Source of the DNA: Bacteriovoracia bacterium
Lineage (GTDB): Bacteria; Bdellovibrionota; Bacteriovoracia; Bacteriovoracales; Bacteriovoracaceae
NCBI GenBank assembly: GCA_046570105.1
Contig: JBKHVI010000009.1
Span: 1 to 64,000, forward strand
Direction of reading: 5' to 3'
Length of the DNA: 64,000 nt
Positions 36,219-44,784 of the stretch are shown in pieces (within the stretch, counting starts at the first letter, position 1; every line of letters starts with the position of its first letter). Below the pieces are notes generated by a model. The model was not told the DNA's origin. It did not search any database and saw only the letters and a program-made list of their open reading frames with translations. A program made the translations under genes and the position numbers.

Positions 36219-37340
36219 ATGAAACTTTGGCGCCGCCTCACCCTCTTGGTCTCTAAACAGTACGCTGCGATTGGCGGACAGGCCGTGATCGAGGGTGTGA
36301 TGATGCGTTCACCGAACGCTTTTGTCGTCGCGGTTAGAACTCCCGATGGCGCCATCCGTTTGCGTCGTGATCAGTGGTTCGGTCTCTCAAAGCGTTTTCC
36401 ATTTTTCAAAAAACCGATTCTTCGCGGCGTTCTCATGCTGGTTGAAACGATGGCCAACGGGATTGTTTCCCTAAATTATTCCGCCAACGTTTCGATGGAT
36501 GCTGAACTTAAGGCCAAAGCGCTTGCTAAAGGGAAAACGGAAGCAGAGTACGAAGCCGGCAAAAAGAAAACGGAGAAAGTCGATTTTGCCACTTTCTTCA
36601 CCATGGCCATCTCGATGGGCTTTGGGATTGCCCTGTTTGTTTTCCTTCCCCACGCCTTAACGGCTTTGTTAGGTGAGTACCTGGGACGTGATTGGGGACT
36701 TGATAGCTTTGCCTTCCACGCTGTCGATGGTGTGATTAAGGCGGCGATTTTTATTCTCTACATTTGGTTGATAGGTTTTATGCCCGATGTGAGACGTGTG
36801 TTTCAGTATCACGGAGCCGAACATAAATCGATTTCGGTTTTTGAAGCCGATCTTCCACTGACTGTTGAGAACGCTAAGAAGTTTACGACTCAGCATCCTC
36901 GTTGCGGAACTTCGTTTCTCTTCTTTTTGATTATTGTTTCAATCATTTTGTTCTCAGCGGTTTTCACTGTTGTACCTATCGGCCAGGGACTTCCGACGAT
37001 TCTGCGTCACGTCGTGGCAGCAGCTTTCAAAGTGGTTCTCATGTTACCTGTCGCAGGTGTGAGCTACGAAATTATTAAAGCCGCTGGTAAGTGTTCAACT
37101 GCTTGGTGGGCACGTGCTATGAGTGCGCCGGGGATGCTGTTACAGAATCTCACGACCCGTGAACCTGACGAGAAGCAATTAGAAGTGGCCTTGGCCTCGA
37201 TTAAGGCCGTCTTGTTCTTAGAAGAAAAATACAACCTCAAAGACGCTGATAAAAAAGTGCTCTCACTAGAGGAAGTGGATCTTCAATCCTTGGGCGATAT
37301 CGCCGATAACAATTCCCGTTTAAAAGATTTTTTAGAGTAG
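36219..37340 (+). CDS. DUF1385 membrane protein (putative metal-dependent enzyme)
   Basis: IGGQAVIEGVMMR, FQYHGAEHK, HPRCGTSF, LTTREPD; usual rho-prfA context. Confidence 0.9.
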   Translation: MKLWRRLTLLVSKQYAAIGGQAVIEGVMMRSPNAFVVAVRTPDGAIRLRRDQWFGLSKRFPFFKKPILRGVLMLVETMANGIVSLNYSANVSMDAELKAKALAKGKTEAEYEAGKKKTEKVDFATFFTMAISMGFGIALFVFLPHALTALLGEYLGRDWGLDSFAFHAVDGVIKAAIFILYIWLIGFMPDVRRVFQYHGAEHKSISVFEADLPLTVENAKKFTTQHPRCGTSFLFFLIIVSIILFSAVFTVVPIGQGLPTILRHVVAAAFKVVLMLPVAGVSYEIIKAAGKCSTAWWARAMSAPGMLLQNLTTREPDEKQLEVALASIKAVLFLEEKYNLKDADKKVLSLEEVDLQSLGDIADNNSRLKDFLE

Positions 37341-37354
37341 TTAGGAGTTCTTCT

Positions 37355-38428
37355 GTGTTCGATAAAATTGATGCTGTCGTAAGACGCTATGAAACGTTAA
37401 CTGAGCGCTTGGGAGATCCAAGTCTCTATGATCGTACCGATGAAATGCGCCAGATTAACCAAGAGCGCTCATCGATTGAGCCCTTAGTTATCAAATACCG
37501 TGAATACAAAAAGCTCGTCGCCGACATCGCTGGCAATAAAGAAATTCTTCAGACTGAAAAAGACGAAGACATGCGTGATATGGCGAAAGAAGAGCTCGCA
37601 GAGCTGGAAGCAAAGCTTCCTCCCATTGAGCAAGAACTCAAACTCTTGCTTCTCCCAAAAGATCCGGCCGATGAAAAAAACGTAGTGATTGAATTGCGTG
37701 CCGGTGCCGGTGGAGATGAAGCCAGTATTTTTGTAGGAGAATGTTGGCGCATGTACCGTCAATACGCTTCGACACAAGGTTGGCGCGTTGATGTGCAATC
37801 GATCTCTGAAGGTGACCGTGGTATCAAAGAAGTCATTGGCACCATTAGCGGTGAGAAAGTTTATTCTCGTCTGAAATACGAATCGGGCGTTCATCGCGTT
37901 CAGCGTGTTCCTGAAACAGAAGCGCAAGGGCGCGTCCATACCTCAACCATTACTGTGGCGATTATGCCGGAAGCTGATGAAGTGGGAGATGTGGAAATCA
38001 ATATGAACGACGTTCGTATTGATGTGTATCGCTCAGGCGGTTCAGGTGGTCAGTCAGTTAACACGACAGACTCTGCTGTTCGTTTAACTCACATGCCGTC
38101 GGGAATTGTGATTGCTATGCAAGATGAGCGCTCACAGCTAAAAAACAAAGACAAGGCCTTCAAAATTCTGCGCGCCAAGCTCTATGATATGGAAGTACAA
38201 AAGCGCCACAATGAAATCGCTTCAACTCGTAAGGGTCTCGTCGGCACGGGTGATCGTTCAGAGCGCATTCGTACTTATAATTTTCCGCAAGGTCGCGTAT
38301 CGGATCATCGAATCAATCTCACCGTGTTTAATATTGATGCCATTATGAATGGTGATCTTGATGGTGTGATTGAGCCCTTGATTGCTCATAACCAAGCTAT
38401 CTTGCTTCAGGGTGAAGGGGACATGTAA
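37355..38428 (+). CDS. prfA: Peptide chain release factor 1
   Basis: AGAGGDEA, HRVQRVPETE (PxT), GGQSVNTTDSAVR, RTYNFPQ. Confidence 0.97.
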   Translation: MFDKIDAVVRRYETLTERLGDPSLYDRTDEMRQINQERSSIEPLVIKYREYKKLVADIAGNKEILQTEKDEDMRDMAKEELAELEAKLPPIEQELKLLLLPKDPADEKNVVIELRAGAGGDEASIFVGECWRMYRQYASTQGWRVDVQSISEGDRGIKEVIGTISGEKVYSRLKYESGVHRVQRVPETEAQGRVHTSTITVAIMPEADEVGDVEINMNDVRIDVYRSGGSGGQSVNTTDSAVRLTHMPSGIVIAMQDERSQLKNKDKAFKILRAKLYDMEVQKRHNEIASTRKGLVGTGDRSERIRTYNFPQGRVSDHRINLTVFNIDAIMNGDLDGVIEPLIAHNQAILLQGEGDM

Positions 38429-39222
38429 TGAACTGGCGCTCTTTTTTTGAAGAGCATCGAGTTCTTCTACAAAGTAACTACCCAGGTCTGACACTAGAAA
38501 GATTTCTGCGTGAAGCCCAAGAGATCGGTGGCGATGGCTCAGAGTTTCTTAAAGGCACTCCCTTTGCTTATCTTTTAGGTTACGCCGAATTCGCTCACAT
38601 CAAACTTAAAGTCACTCCTGATGTTTTGATTCCGCGCATGGAAACGGAACTTCTATTTGAGAAAATATCTGCTCTCATCCAAAAAAATCCTCAATGGAAG
38701 CGCTTGATTGATGTGGGGACGGGTCCAGGCACACTAGGACTCTCACTTAAGCATCAATACCGCCAAATGCAAGTCACTCTGACAGACATCTCACCAGAGG
38801 CCTTAAAGCTTGCTCAAGAGAATGCCGAGAGCTTGAAGCTCGAAGTAGCAACGATGGAGAGTGATCTATGGAAAAACATCACCGGACTTTATGATATGAT
38901 TGTCTCTAATCCTCCGTATATTCCCAGCTCGTTCTCGCAAAAAACCGTGCATCAAAAGACTCATCAGTTCGAGCCTCATCTCGCTCTCTATATTGATGAC
39001 TCTCAATACGAAGTTTTTTTCCGCCGACTCTTTCACGGAGTGGCCCGCCATATCACCGCCGACGGTGTGTTTATGATGGAAGGCCATGAAGACAAAATGC
39101 AGCTCTGTGCCCAATGGGCGAGAGAAGAAAAACTCACAAATGTACAAATAGAGAAGGATCTAACTGGACGTGAGCGCTTCCTCATCGCTTTTGCGCCGCG
39201 CGCTCCCATGGGGACAGCTTAA
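38428..39222 (+). CDS. prmC: Release factor glutamine methyltransferase
   Basis: VLIPRMETE, DVGTGPG, SNPPY; downstream of prfA. Confidence 0.93.
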   Translation: MNWRSFFEEHRVLLQSNYPGLTLERFLREAQEIGGDGSEFLKGTPFAYLLGYAEFAHIKLKVTPDVLIPRMETELLFEKISALIQKNPQWKRLIDVGTGPGTLGLSLKHQYRQMQVTLTDISPEALKLAQENAESLKLEVATMESDLWKNITGLYDMIVSNPPYIPSSFSQKTVHQKTHQFEPHLALYIDDSQYEVFFRRLFHGVARHITADGVFMMEGHEDKMQLCAQWAREEKLTNVQIEKDLTGRERFLIAFAPRAPMGTA

Positions 39223-39285
39223 TTCTTAGCTGCTTTTCACTCTCACTTGAAGCTAAGATAAGCACAAACTTTTACCGGATGATTT

Positions 39286-40548
39286 ATGGATAAATTACTC
39301 GTCACAGGCCCTGGTCGCTTAAACGGAACTGTCACTGTATCGAGCGCTAAGAACGCGACTCTTCCGATATTGGCCGGCGCTCTTTTATTTGAAACTCCGG
39401 TGAAGCTTGCCGACATTCCTAAACTCAACGACGTCGCCACCATCATCAAGCTGCTTGAGAGCATGGGTGTAAAAGTTGAGCGTGATGGCAAGAACATGAC
39501 CCTTGATAGCTCGAACGTGCATAACTTAGTCGCTGACTATGCTCTGGTTAAAACCATGCGCGCATCGGTTTTGGTTTTGGGACCACTTCTCGCGCGTTTT
39601 GGTAAAGCCAAAGTTTCTCTACCCGGCGGTTGTGCCATTGGTGCACGTCCGGTGGATATTCATCTCACCAATCTAGAAAAGATGGGTGCTAAGATTCAAA
39701 TCGAGCAGGGTTATATTTTAGCCGAGTGTGAGCGCTTGCAAGGTTGTGAGTTATCACTTTCTTTCCCATCAGTCGGTGCCACTGAAAATTTAATGATGGC
39801 CGCTGTCTACGCTGACGGTGAAACGATTATTGAAAACGCCGCTCGTGAACCAGAGATTGTCGATCTCGCTAATTTCCTCATTCACTTTGGAGTGACAGTG
39901 GAAGGTGCGGGGACTTCACGCATTCGTATAATTGGAACAAACACACAAAAGAAATATGCAGCGACGAAACCTTATCGCCCGATCGGGGATCGCATTGAAG
40001 CGGCGACGTTTATTATCGCCGGTCTCATGGCGAACTCAAATATTGTCGTGAATGGCTTTGAGCCATGGACATTAGAAGCTGTGCTTGAAACCTTAGAGAA
40101 GATGGGTGCGAAACTCACGCGTTTAGAAGACGGAGTAGAGGTTCATCCCTCAGGTCGCTTGAAAGGCGCGGTGATTGAAACAGCTCCTTTCCCAGGATTC
40201 CCAACTGATGTTCAGGCACAGATGATGGCACTGATGTGTCTCTGTGATGGAAACTCGATTATTACAGAGCAAATTTTTGAAAATCGTTACATGCACGTAC
40301 CAGAACTTATTCGCATGGGCTGTAAAGTAACACTCAAGGGCAATGCCGCTTTGATTGAAGGTGTGGAATCACTTTCAGCTGCTCCGGTTATGTGCACCGA
40401 TCTGCGCGCCTCAGCTGCATTGGTGCTGGCCGCGCTCACGGCTCATGGACAATCAGATATCCAGCGCATCTATCATCTGGATCGTGGTTATGAAGATCTT
40501 GAAGCGAAGTTTAAAGCGTTAGGTGCAAAGGTTGAGCGAGTTAAATAA
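39286..40548 (+). CDS. murA: UDP-N-acetylglucosamine 1-carboxyvinyltransferase
   Basis: AKNATLP, MRAS, LPGGCAIGARPVD, FPGFPTDVQ, DLRASA, LDRGYE. Confidence 0.98.
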   Translation: MDKLLVTGPGRLNGTVTVSSAKNATLPILAGALLFETPVKLADIPKLNDVATIIKLLESMGVKVERDGKNMTLDSSNVHNLVADYALVKTMRASVLVLGPLLARFGKAKVSLPGGCAIGARPVDIHLTNLEKMGAKIQIEQGYILAECERLQGCELSLSFPSVGATENLMMAAVYADGETIIENAAREPEIVDLANFLIHFGVTVEGAGTSRIRIIGTNTQKKYAATKPYRPIGDRIEAATFIIAGLMANSNIVVNGFEPWTLEAVLETLEKMGAKLTRLEDGVEVHPSGRLKGAVIETAPFPGFPTDVQAQMMALMCLCDGNSIITEQIFENRYMHVPELIRMGCKVTLKGNAALIEGVESLSAAPVMCTDLRASAALVLAALTAHGQSDIQRIYHLDRGYEDLEAKFKALGAKVERVK

Positions 40549-40590
40549 CCCGCAACCTTTAAGCATTTGCATAAAATCCCGCTCCCCATT

Positions 40591-40648
40591 AAAATAAAAA
40601 AACTGGTGAGGGATAGAACCCCATGATGCCGGCATGGGCCCTCACCAG
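40591..40648 (-). terminator. Intrinsic terminator, copy 1
   Basis: CTGGTGAGGG/CCCTCACCAG stem with inner CCCATG/CATGGG, then T7ATTTT on minus strand. Confidence 0.85.
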
Positions 40649-40701
40649 AAATCATCCTTACATTCATAAGGGATTTTTGATAAGGCCATAGAGCAACTCA
40701 C
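40642..40701 (-). CDS. Putative 19-aa peptide, copy 1 (MSCSMALSKIPYECKDDFW)
   Basis: AGGAGG SD 6 nt before GTG; frame and stop conserved in copy 2. Confidence 0.5.
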   Translation of the reverse strand: MSCSMALSKIPYECKDDFW

Positions 40702-40831
40702 GGGCCACCTCCTAAATTCTTAAGACATTAATTTGTTTGAACTCCGAACACTTTGCGTTGGAAAATATTCATCGCGCGATGGAAAAAAACGGACGTCAAA
40801 GCTGAGATTGCGCAAAATTAAATTACCCCTT

Positions 40832-40888
40832 AAAATAAAAAAACTGGTGAGGGATAAACCCCATGGGCAGTACATGGGCCCTCACCAG
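40832..40888 (-). terminator. Intrinsic terminator, copy 2
   Basis: Same stems as copy 1 with an entirely different 7-nt loop; U tract. Confidence 0.85.
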
Positions 40889-40941
40889 AAATCATCCTTA
40901 CATCCGTAAGGGATTTTTGATAAGGCCATAAAGCAACACAT
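40882..40941 (-). CDS. Putative 19-aa peptide, copy 2 (MCCFMALSKIPYGCKDDFW)
   Basis: AGGAGG SD 6 nt before ATG; paralog of 40642-40701. Confidence 0.5.
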   Translation of the reverse strand: MCCFMALSKIPYGCKDDFW

Positions 40942-41066
40942 AGGCCACCTCCTAAATTTGTAAGCCAAAGAAAATGCAATACTTCGAATGCAATGTGTTG
41001 GAAGAAATTGACCACACGAAGGAAAAAATTGGCTAAACTAGCTCCATAAAATACTGAGGAGCAGTG

Positions 41067-41402
41067 ATGGACGATTGTTTGTTTTGCAAAATTTTTCAAG
41101 GCAAGATTCCCTCGAAAAAAGTCTATGAAGACGACAACGTCTTTGCTTTTTTAGACATCAATCCTTTGGCGAAAACCCATATTCTTTTTATTCATAAAAA
41201 ACATACTGAAAACGTTAATGGACTCTCGACCATTCACGTGGGGCAAGTCTTCACAGCGATTAAAAATTTCACCACCGGAACTGATTTAGAAAAGAAAGGT
41301 TTCCGTGTCGTCACCAATTCAGGCGCTGATGCCTGTCAGACGGTTTTTCATGCGCACTTTCATGTCTTGGGTGGTGAGAAGCTCGGTGGCTTTGGAAAAT
41401 GA
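41067..41402 (+). CDS. hinT: HIT family nucleotide hydrolase
   Basis: DCLFCKI, AFLDINP, QTVFHAHFHVLGG. Confidence 0.92.
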   Translation: MDDCLFCKIFQGKIPSKKVYEDDNVFAFLDINPLAKTHILFIHKKHTENVNGLSTIHVGQVFTAIKNFTTGTDLEKKGFRVVTNSGADACQTVFHAHFHVLGGEKLGGFGK

Positions 41403-42025
41403 TCACGGACAAGCGCCGGCCGTATTTTGATTTCTTTCACGGCTTTCAATCACCGCTCTTAAATATTACCTGGGAAGTGGAAACAGAAGATTTCACTGCG
41501 AAATGTAAGCGCGAAGGTGTCTCGAGTTATCAATGGCTCGTGTATTCTCTTTGTAAGGCCTGCTTGGAAGTGGAACCATTCCTATGGCGTCTCGATGATA
41601 AAGGCGAACCAACCAAAGTCTCAACCCTCACGCCTTCCTACACAGTCATGAAAGAAGATGGAAATTTCAATTTTTGTACGGTTCCATATCAAGCCGACTT
41701 TAAAAAGTTTATAGAAAAGAGTTTAGCGGTTAAAGAGGTGGCACAGAAACATCCGGATGGACTCACGAACGATGAGCCAGGCAGAATTGATTATCTATTT
41801 ATTACATCAATTCCGTGGATGAAGTTCACTTCGATCCAGCACCCGGTGTTTGATATTAAAAATGTGCATGTACCAAGTTTTGCTTTTGGAAAGTTTCAAG
41901 TGGAAAACGGACGTATCCGTTTCCCATTCTCAGTGCAAGGCCATCATGGCTTTATCGATGGCCTGCATATGCATCAGTTAGAAGTCGCACTAAAGAAAGC
42001 GCTCAATGCCCCTGCATCCCTTTAA
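41399..42025 (+). CDS. CatA-like (chloramphenicol acetyltransferase family) O-acetyltransferase
   Basis: RRPYFDFF, TSIPWMKFTS, P.FAFGKF, HHGFIDGLH catalytic motif. Confidence 0.85.
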   Translation: MITDKRRPYFDFFHGFQSPLLNITWEVETEDFTAKCKREGVSSYQWLVYSLCKACLEVEPFLWRLDDKGEPTKVSTLTPSYTVMKEDGNFNFCTVPYQADFKKFIEKSLAVKEVAQKHPDGLTNDEPGRIDYLFITSIPWMKFTSIQHPVFDIKNVHVPSFAFGKFQVENGRIRFPFSVQGHHGFIDGLHMHQLEVALKKALNAPASL

Positions 42026-42776
42026 AGAAAGCGGCAAATAAACTGCGCTGAAGTTGAGTCAGGGTGCTTGTGCGCGCCATGAAAATTAGCGGGCTTTTAT
42101 CGATCATAACGGTTGCAACAAAGCGCGCTTTTTTCTGATCCCACTCGGTCACTTCAAATTGCTCATTCCACTTGTCGAGATACTTATCCATCAAGACCGC
42201 TTCTTTGCCAGCGCCAGTGACGAAGTTGGCTTTTTTAGTGCCCGTCAAAAGTGATTGAGTAAGTTTAGGCTTCTGCTCTTTTTGGCCTTCTTCATTTTTT
42301 TGCTCGGACTGAATTACATCGTTAAACACGATAGAGAGATCAGTGGCGCCGAGGTTGCGCTTCATCCAGTACCACATCTCTTCGAGGAAACTGATACGGT
42401 CTTTGTGCCACAACACACGCATGTGGGTGGTGAAGGCAAAAATTTCTTCGAGAGATTGATAGTTATGTGACAGCTGCCAGCGAGAAACAACTTTTTCACC
42501 GAGCTCTTTAAATTGAAACGCCGGCATATCTTCAAACACACTGTAGCCCAGATCAAAAGTCTGACCTTCAATGATCGGGTAGTGCGATTTCTCTTTATCT
42601 AGGAGGCCCAAGAGTTGTTGGAAGTGATCAGTTTGTCCGACAAAGAGGCCTTGAAGGTTTTGATCAGGTAAATCGGTGGCATCAATCAGACGAGTTGAGA
42701 CTTTATTTTGTTCCCAATCCAGATCTTTGAGCAAAATTTGAGAAGTTGAACGAACATAACCGAGAGTCAGTTGCAT
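42003..42776 (-). CDS. Hypothetical protein
   Basis: 257-aa ORF, AAGGAG SD, no recognisable motif. Confidence 0.7.
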   Translation of the reverse strand: MQLTLGYVRSTSQILLKDLDWEQNKVSTRLIDATDLPDQNLQGLFVGQTDHFQQLLGLLDKEKSHYPIIEGQTFDLGYSVFEDMPAFQFKELGEKVVSRWQLSHNYQSLEEIFAFTTHMRVLWHKDRISFLEEMWYWMKRNLGATDLSIVFNDVIQSEQKNEEGQKEQKPKLTQSLLTGTKKANFVTGAGKEAVLMDKYLDKWNEQFEVTEWDQKKARFVATVMIDKSPLIFMARTSTLTQLQRSLFAAFFKGMQGH

Positions 42777-42800
42777 GGAGTCTCCTTAGCGCAGTATGAT
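42771..42800 (+). promoter_or_regulatory. Sigma70 promoter, leaderless candidate
   Basis: TTGCAT N18 TATGAT N6 ATG(42807). Confidence 0.55.
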
Positions 42801-42806
42801 AGGTGT

Positions 42807-43442
42807 ATGCGCCTTGCGATACTCAGCGTAGCTATGATGGCCTTATTTGTGAACCCCGCTCGTGGGCAAGATGAACGTTTTTGGCGCAAAATGCTCTCCG
42901 GCGAGCTGACGCGGGAAGAGGTGAAGCCTGAGCCTGAGCCAAAATGGGTTTTCGAGAGCCCGGCCTACCATTTCGACCTTAATGGCGATGGGCACGAAGA
43001 AGTCCTGATGGTGTACAAACGCGACGGCATGGACTGGCTCGACGTCATGGGTCACGATAAAACTTCGCTCTTTAAGGGCAAACTTTGGGCGATGGGTTCC
43101 GGTTCGGGCGTCTATCGTTTGAGAATTGTCGATCTATCAGAAAAAGTCCGCGCCATCGTGATTTATTTGTATGAAGGCAAAACGGAATCCAAAAGGCTCG
43201 AGGCCAGCGCCCGTTTGTACTTTCTCACATTCGAGAACAAAGATTTTGCCACTTTTAAATTAACCGCTGGTCCGCGCTACTGGCATGAGTACGAAGGTGT
43301 GCGCGATCAATATTGGCGTCGAATTTATAATCTCAACATCAAAGACTACGACGGAGATGGCACGAAAGATCTCGCAGTCGAGTTCAACCACATTCAATCC
43401 ATCTGGCTCTATCGTGGCCAGGGTCTTTGGAAGAAAATGTGA
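42807..43442 (+). CDS. Secreted FG-GAP/VCBS-motif protein
   Basis: Signal peptide; DLNGDGHEE and DYDGDGTKDL. Confidence 0.75.
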   Translation: MRLAILSVAMMALFVNPARGQDERFWRKMLSGELTREEVKPEPEPKWVFESPAYHFDLNGDGHEEVLMVYKRDGMDWLDVMGHDKTSLFKGKLWAMGSGSGVYRLRIVDLSEKVRAIVIYLYEGKTESKRLEASARLYFLTFENKDFATFKLTAGPRYWHEYEGVRDQYWRRIYNLNIKDYDGDGTKDLAVEFNHIQSIWLYRGQGLWKKM

Positions 43443-43455
43443 TGTGTCGAATCAC

Positions 43456-43504
43456 TCAATTCACCCGTTAGAGAGAACAGAATTTACCCACGGGTGAATT
43501 TGAA
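43456..43504. repeat. Short palindromic repeat-family member between convergent genes
   Basis: TCAATTCACCCGT-N21-ACGGGTGAATTTGAA; right arm 14/15 identical to 61834-61848. Confidence 0.8.
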
Positions 43505-43945
43505 CTAAGACGCTTTCTTGATCTTGTCTTCGTCCGTCTTCTGCGTGCGAGTAGGCAGAGGAGTGACGTTGTCGGGAAGATCGGCGACGGCTTCGTCTTT
43601 CTTGAGGTGGCGCATGGTGAGTGACCATGTCACGACAGGAAGAGCGAGGATGACGAGTGCGCCAAACCACGCTGACAGCGGCCATGCGGAACTTGGAACA
43701 GTAGCAGTTGTTGTCGGTTTAGCCTCAGGCGCTTTACGGATTTCGACATTTGATTTTTGATCGGCCGGGCGTTCTTGGTAGCTCTTAACATCTTCTTGGA
43801 AGTTAAAGAGGGCATGGGTGCCTTCCGGCGTAACATCAGGTTCCTGATTCTCAATCCCTACAAAATCCTCAACGGCAGGACCTCTGGCATGGGTGCCAGT
43901 TAGAGTGAGAACAATAGCTAAAATCAGGAAACTTAAGGATTTCAT
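43505..43945 (-). CDS. Hypothetical exported protein with C-terminal TM helix
   Basis: GGAGGA SD, signal peptide, TM segment WFGALVILALPVVTW. Confidence 0.75.
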   Translation of the reverse strand: MKSLSFLILAIVLTLTGTHARGPAVEDFVGIENQEPDVTPEGTHALFNFQEDVKSYQERPADQKSNVEIRKAPEAKPTTTATVPSSAWPLSAWFGALVILALPVVTWSLTMRHLKKDEAVADLPDNVTPLPTRTQKTDEDKIKKAS

Positions 43946-44011
43946 AGTCTTTCCTCCAGACACCCCAACTTATCGTCATTTGTGGCCCGGGCCTGATAGT
44001 TATTTAAGTCT

Positions 44012-44039
44012 TCAAGTTTTGAGCAGGTCCTGCCGATAG
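44012..44039 (+). promoter_or_regulatory. Sigma28 (FliA)-type promoter
   Basis: TCAA(GTTT) N16 GCCGATAG. Confidence 0.65.
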
Positions 44040-44076
44040 AAGACAAAGGAACTCCATCTTGCTTGGGACCGAAACT

Positions 44077-44784
44077 ATGACAAAGACAGTATTTACATGG
44101 CTCTTACTCTCTACTGCTTGGGTGACCGTCGCCTGGAATTGGGGACGTTTTGACTGGTCTGTAGGTCAAAAAGTTTCACAAACTTGGGGATATGAAAAAG
44201 CTGCTCTTAAACTTGCGGCCGAAAATCGTGCACTCACGGCCAAGGTTTCATCACTTGAATACAAGTTAGGCTTACTTGAAACAGAAAAAAGTGTGCTCGC
44301 TGCTCAGGTGAAAAATCAAGGTGCCGCTCGTACGATCGCCAGTATTCCAAAACCCAAAGTAAATGATCTCGTGAACTATGATGTTTACCGTTGGACCCCA
44401 GAGAAACTTTTAGCGATTGGTGAAAAAGAACTTCATTTTAAAAACTACGCTAAGAGTGCTCAGTTCTATCACGAATTGGTGAAGCGTTTTCCGGAGAGCA
44501 AACTCGTCTCTGATAAAACGCTCTTTGGTGCCGGCATTGCGGCCTACGAAGCCAAACAGCATGACTGGGCGATTCAGCATCTTTCATTGCTGGTTGAGAA
44601 ATATCCTAAATCGACATTTTATCGTGGTGCCAAGCTATGGCTGGCCTTATCTGAATACAACACAGGTAACCATCGTAAGTTTGCAAGCACGGTTGAAGAG
44701 TTCCGTTTGAAATATCGCAACACCGAAGAATGGAAAATATTGAGTAAATACTATGAAGACATCAATTACAAATTCAAAAAATAG
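44077..44784 (+). CDS. Coiled-coil + TPR protein (CpoB/YbgF-like)
   Basis: N-terminal anchor, coiled coil, LVKRFPESK / LVEKYPKS TPR motifs; may start at TTG 44059. Confidence 0.7.
   Translation: MTKTVFTWLLLSTAWVTVAWNWGRFDWSVGQKVSQTWGYEKAALKLAAENRALTAKVSSLEYKLGLLETEKSVLAAQVKNQGAARTIASIPKPKVNDLVNYDVYRWTPEKLLAIGEKELHFKNYAKSAQFYHELVKRFPESKLVSDKTLFGAGIAAYEAKQHDWAIQHLSLLVEKYPKSTFYRGAKLWLALSEYNTGNHRKFASTVEEFRLKYRNTEEWKILSKYYEDINYKFKK

Larger units (their letters stand above)
40589..41043 (-). repeat. Tandem direct duplication, ~240-bp unit x2 (structured sRNA / small-peptide units)
   Basis: Cores 40589-40718 and 40830-40958 differ by 13 substitutions and 1 indel; colinear weaker similarity continues to ~40803/41043. 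Confidence 0.92.

Noticed and set aside
40589..41043. CRISPR array or tRNA interpretation of the tandem repeat
   Set aside because: Only two long units with homologous intervening DNA, no cas genes, no cloverleaf, T-loop or CCA
40830..41099. 89-aa minus-strand ORF from the track
   Set aside because: Overlaps the hinT start, has no SD, runs through the terminator, and the equivalent frame in copy 1 has a stop
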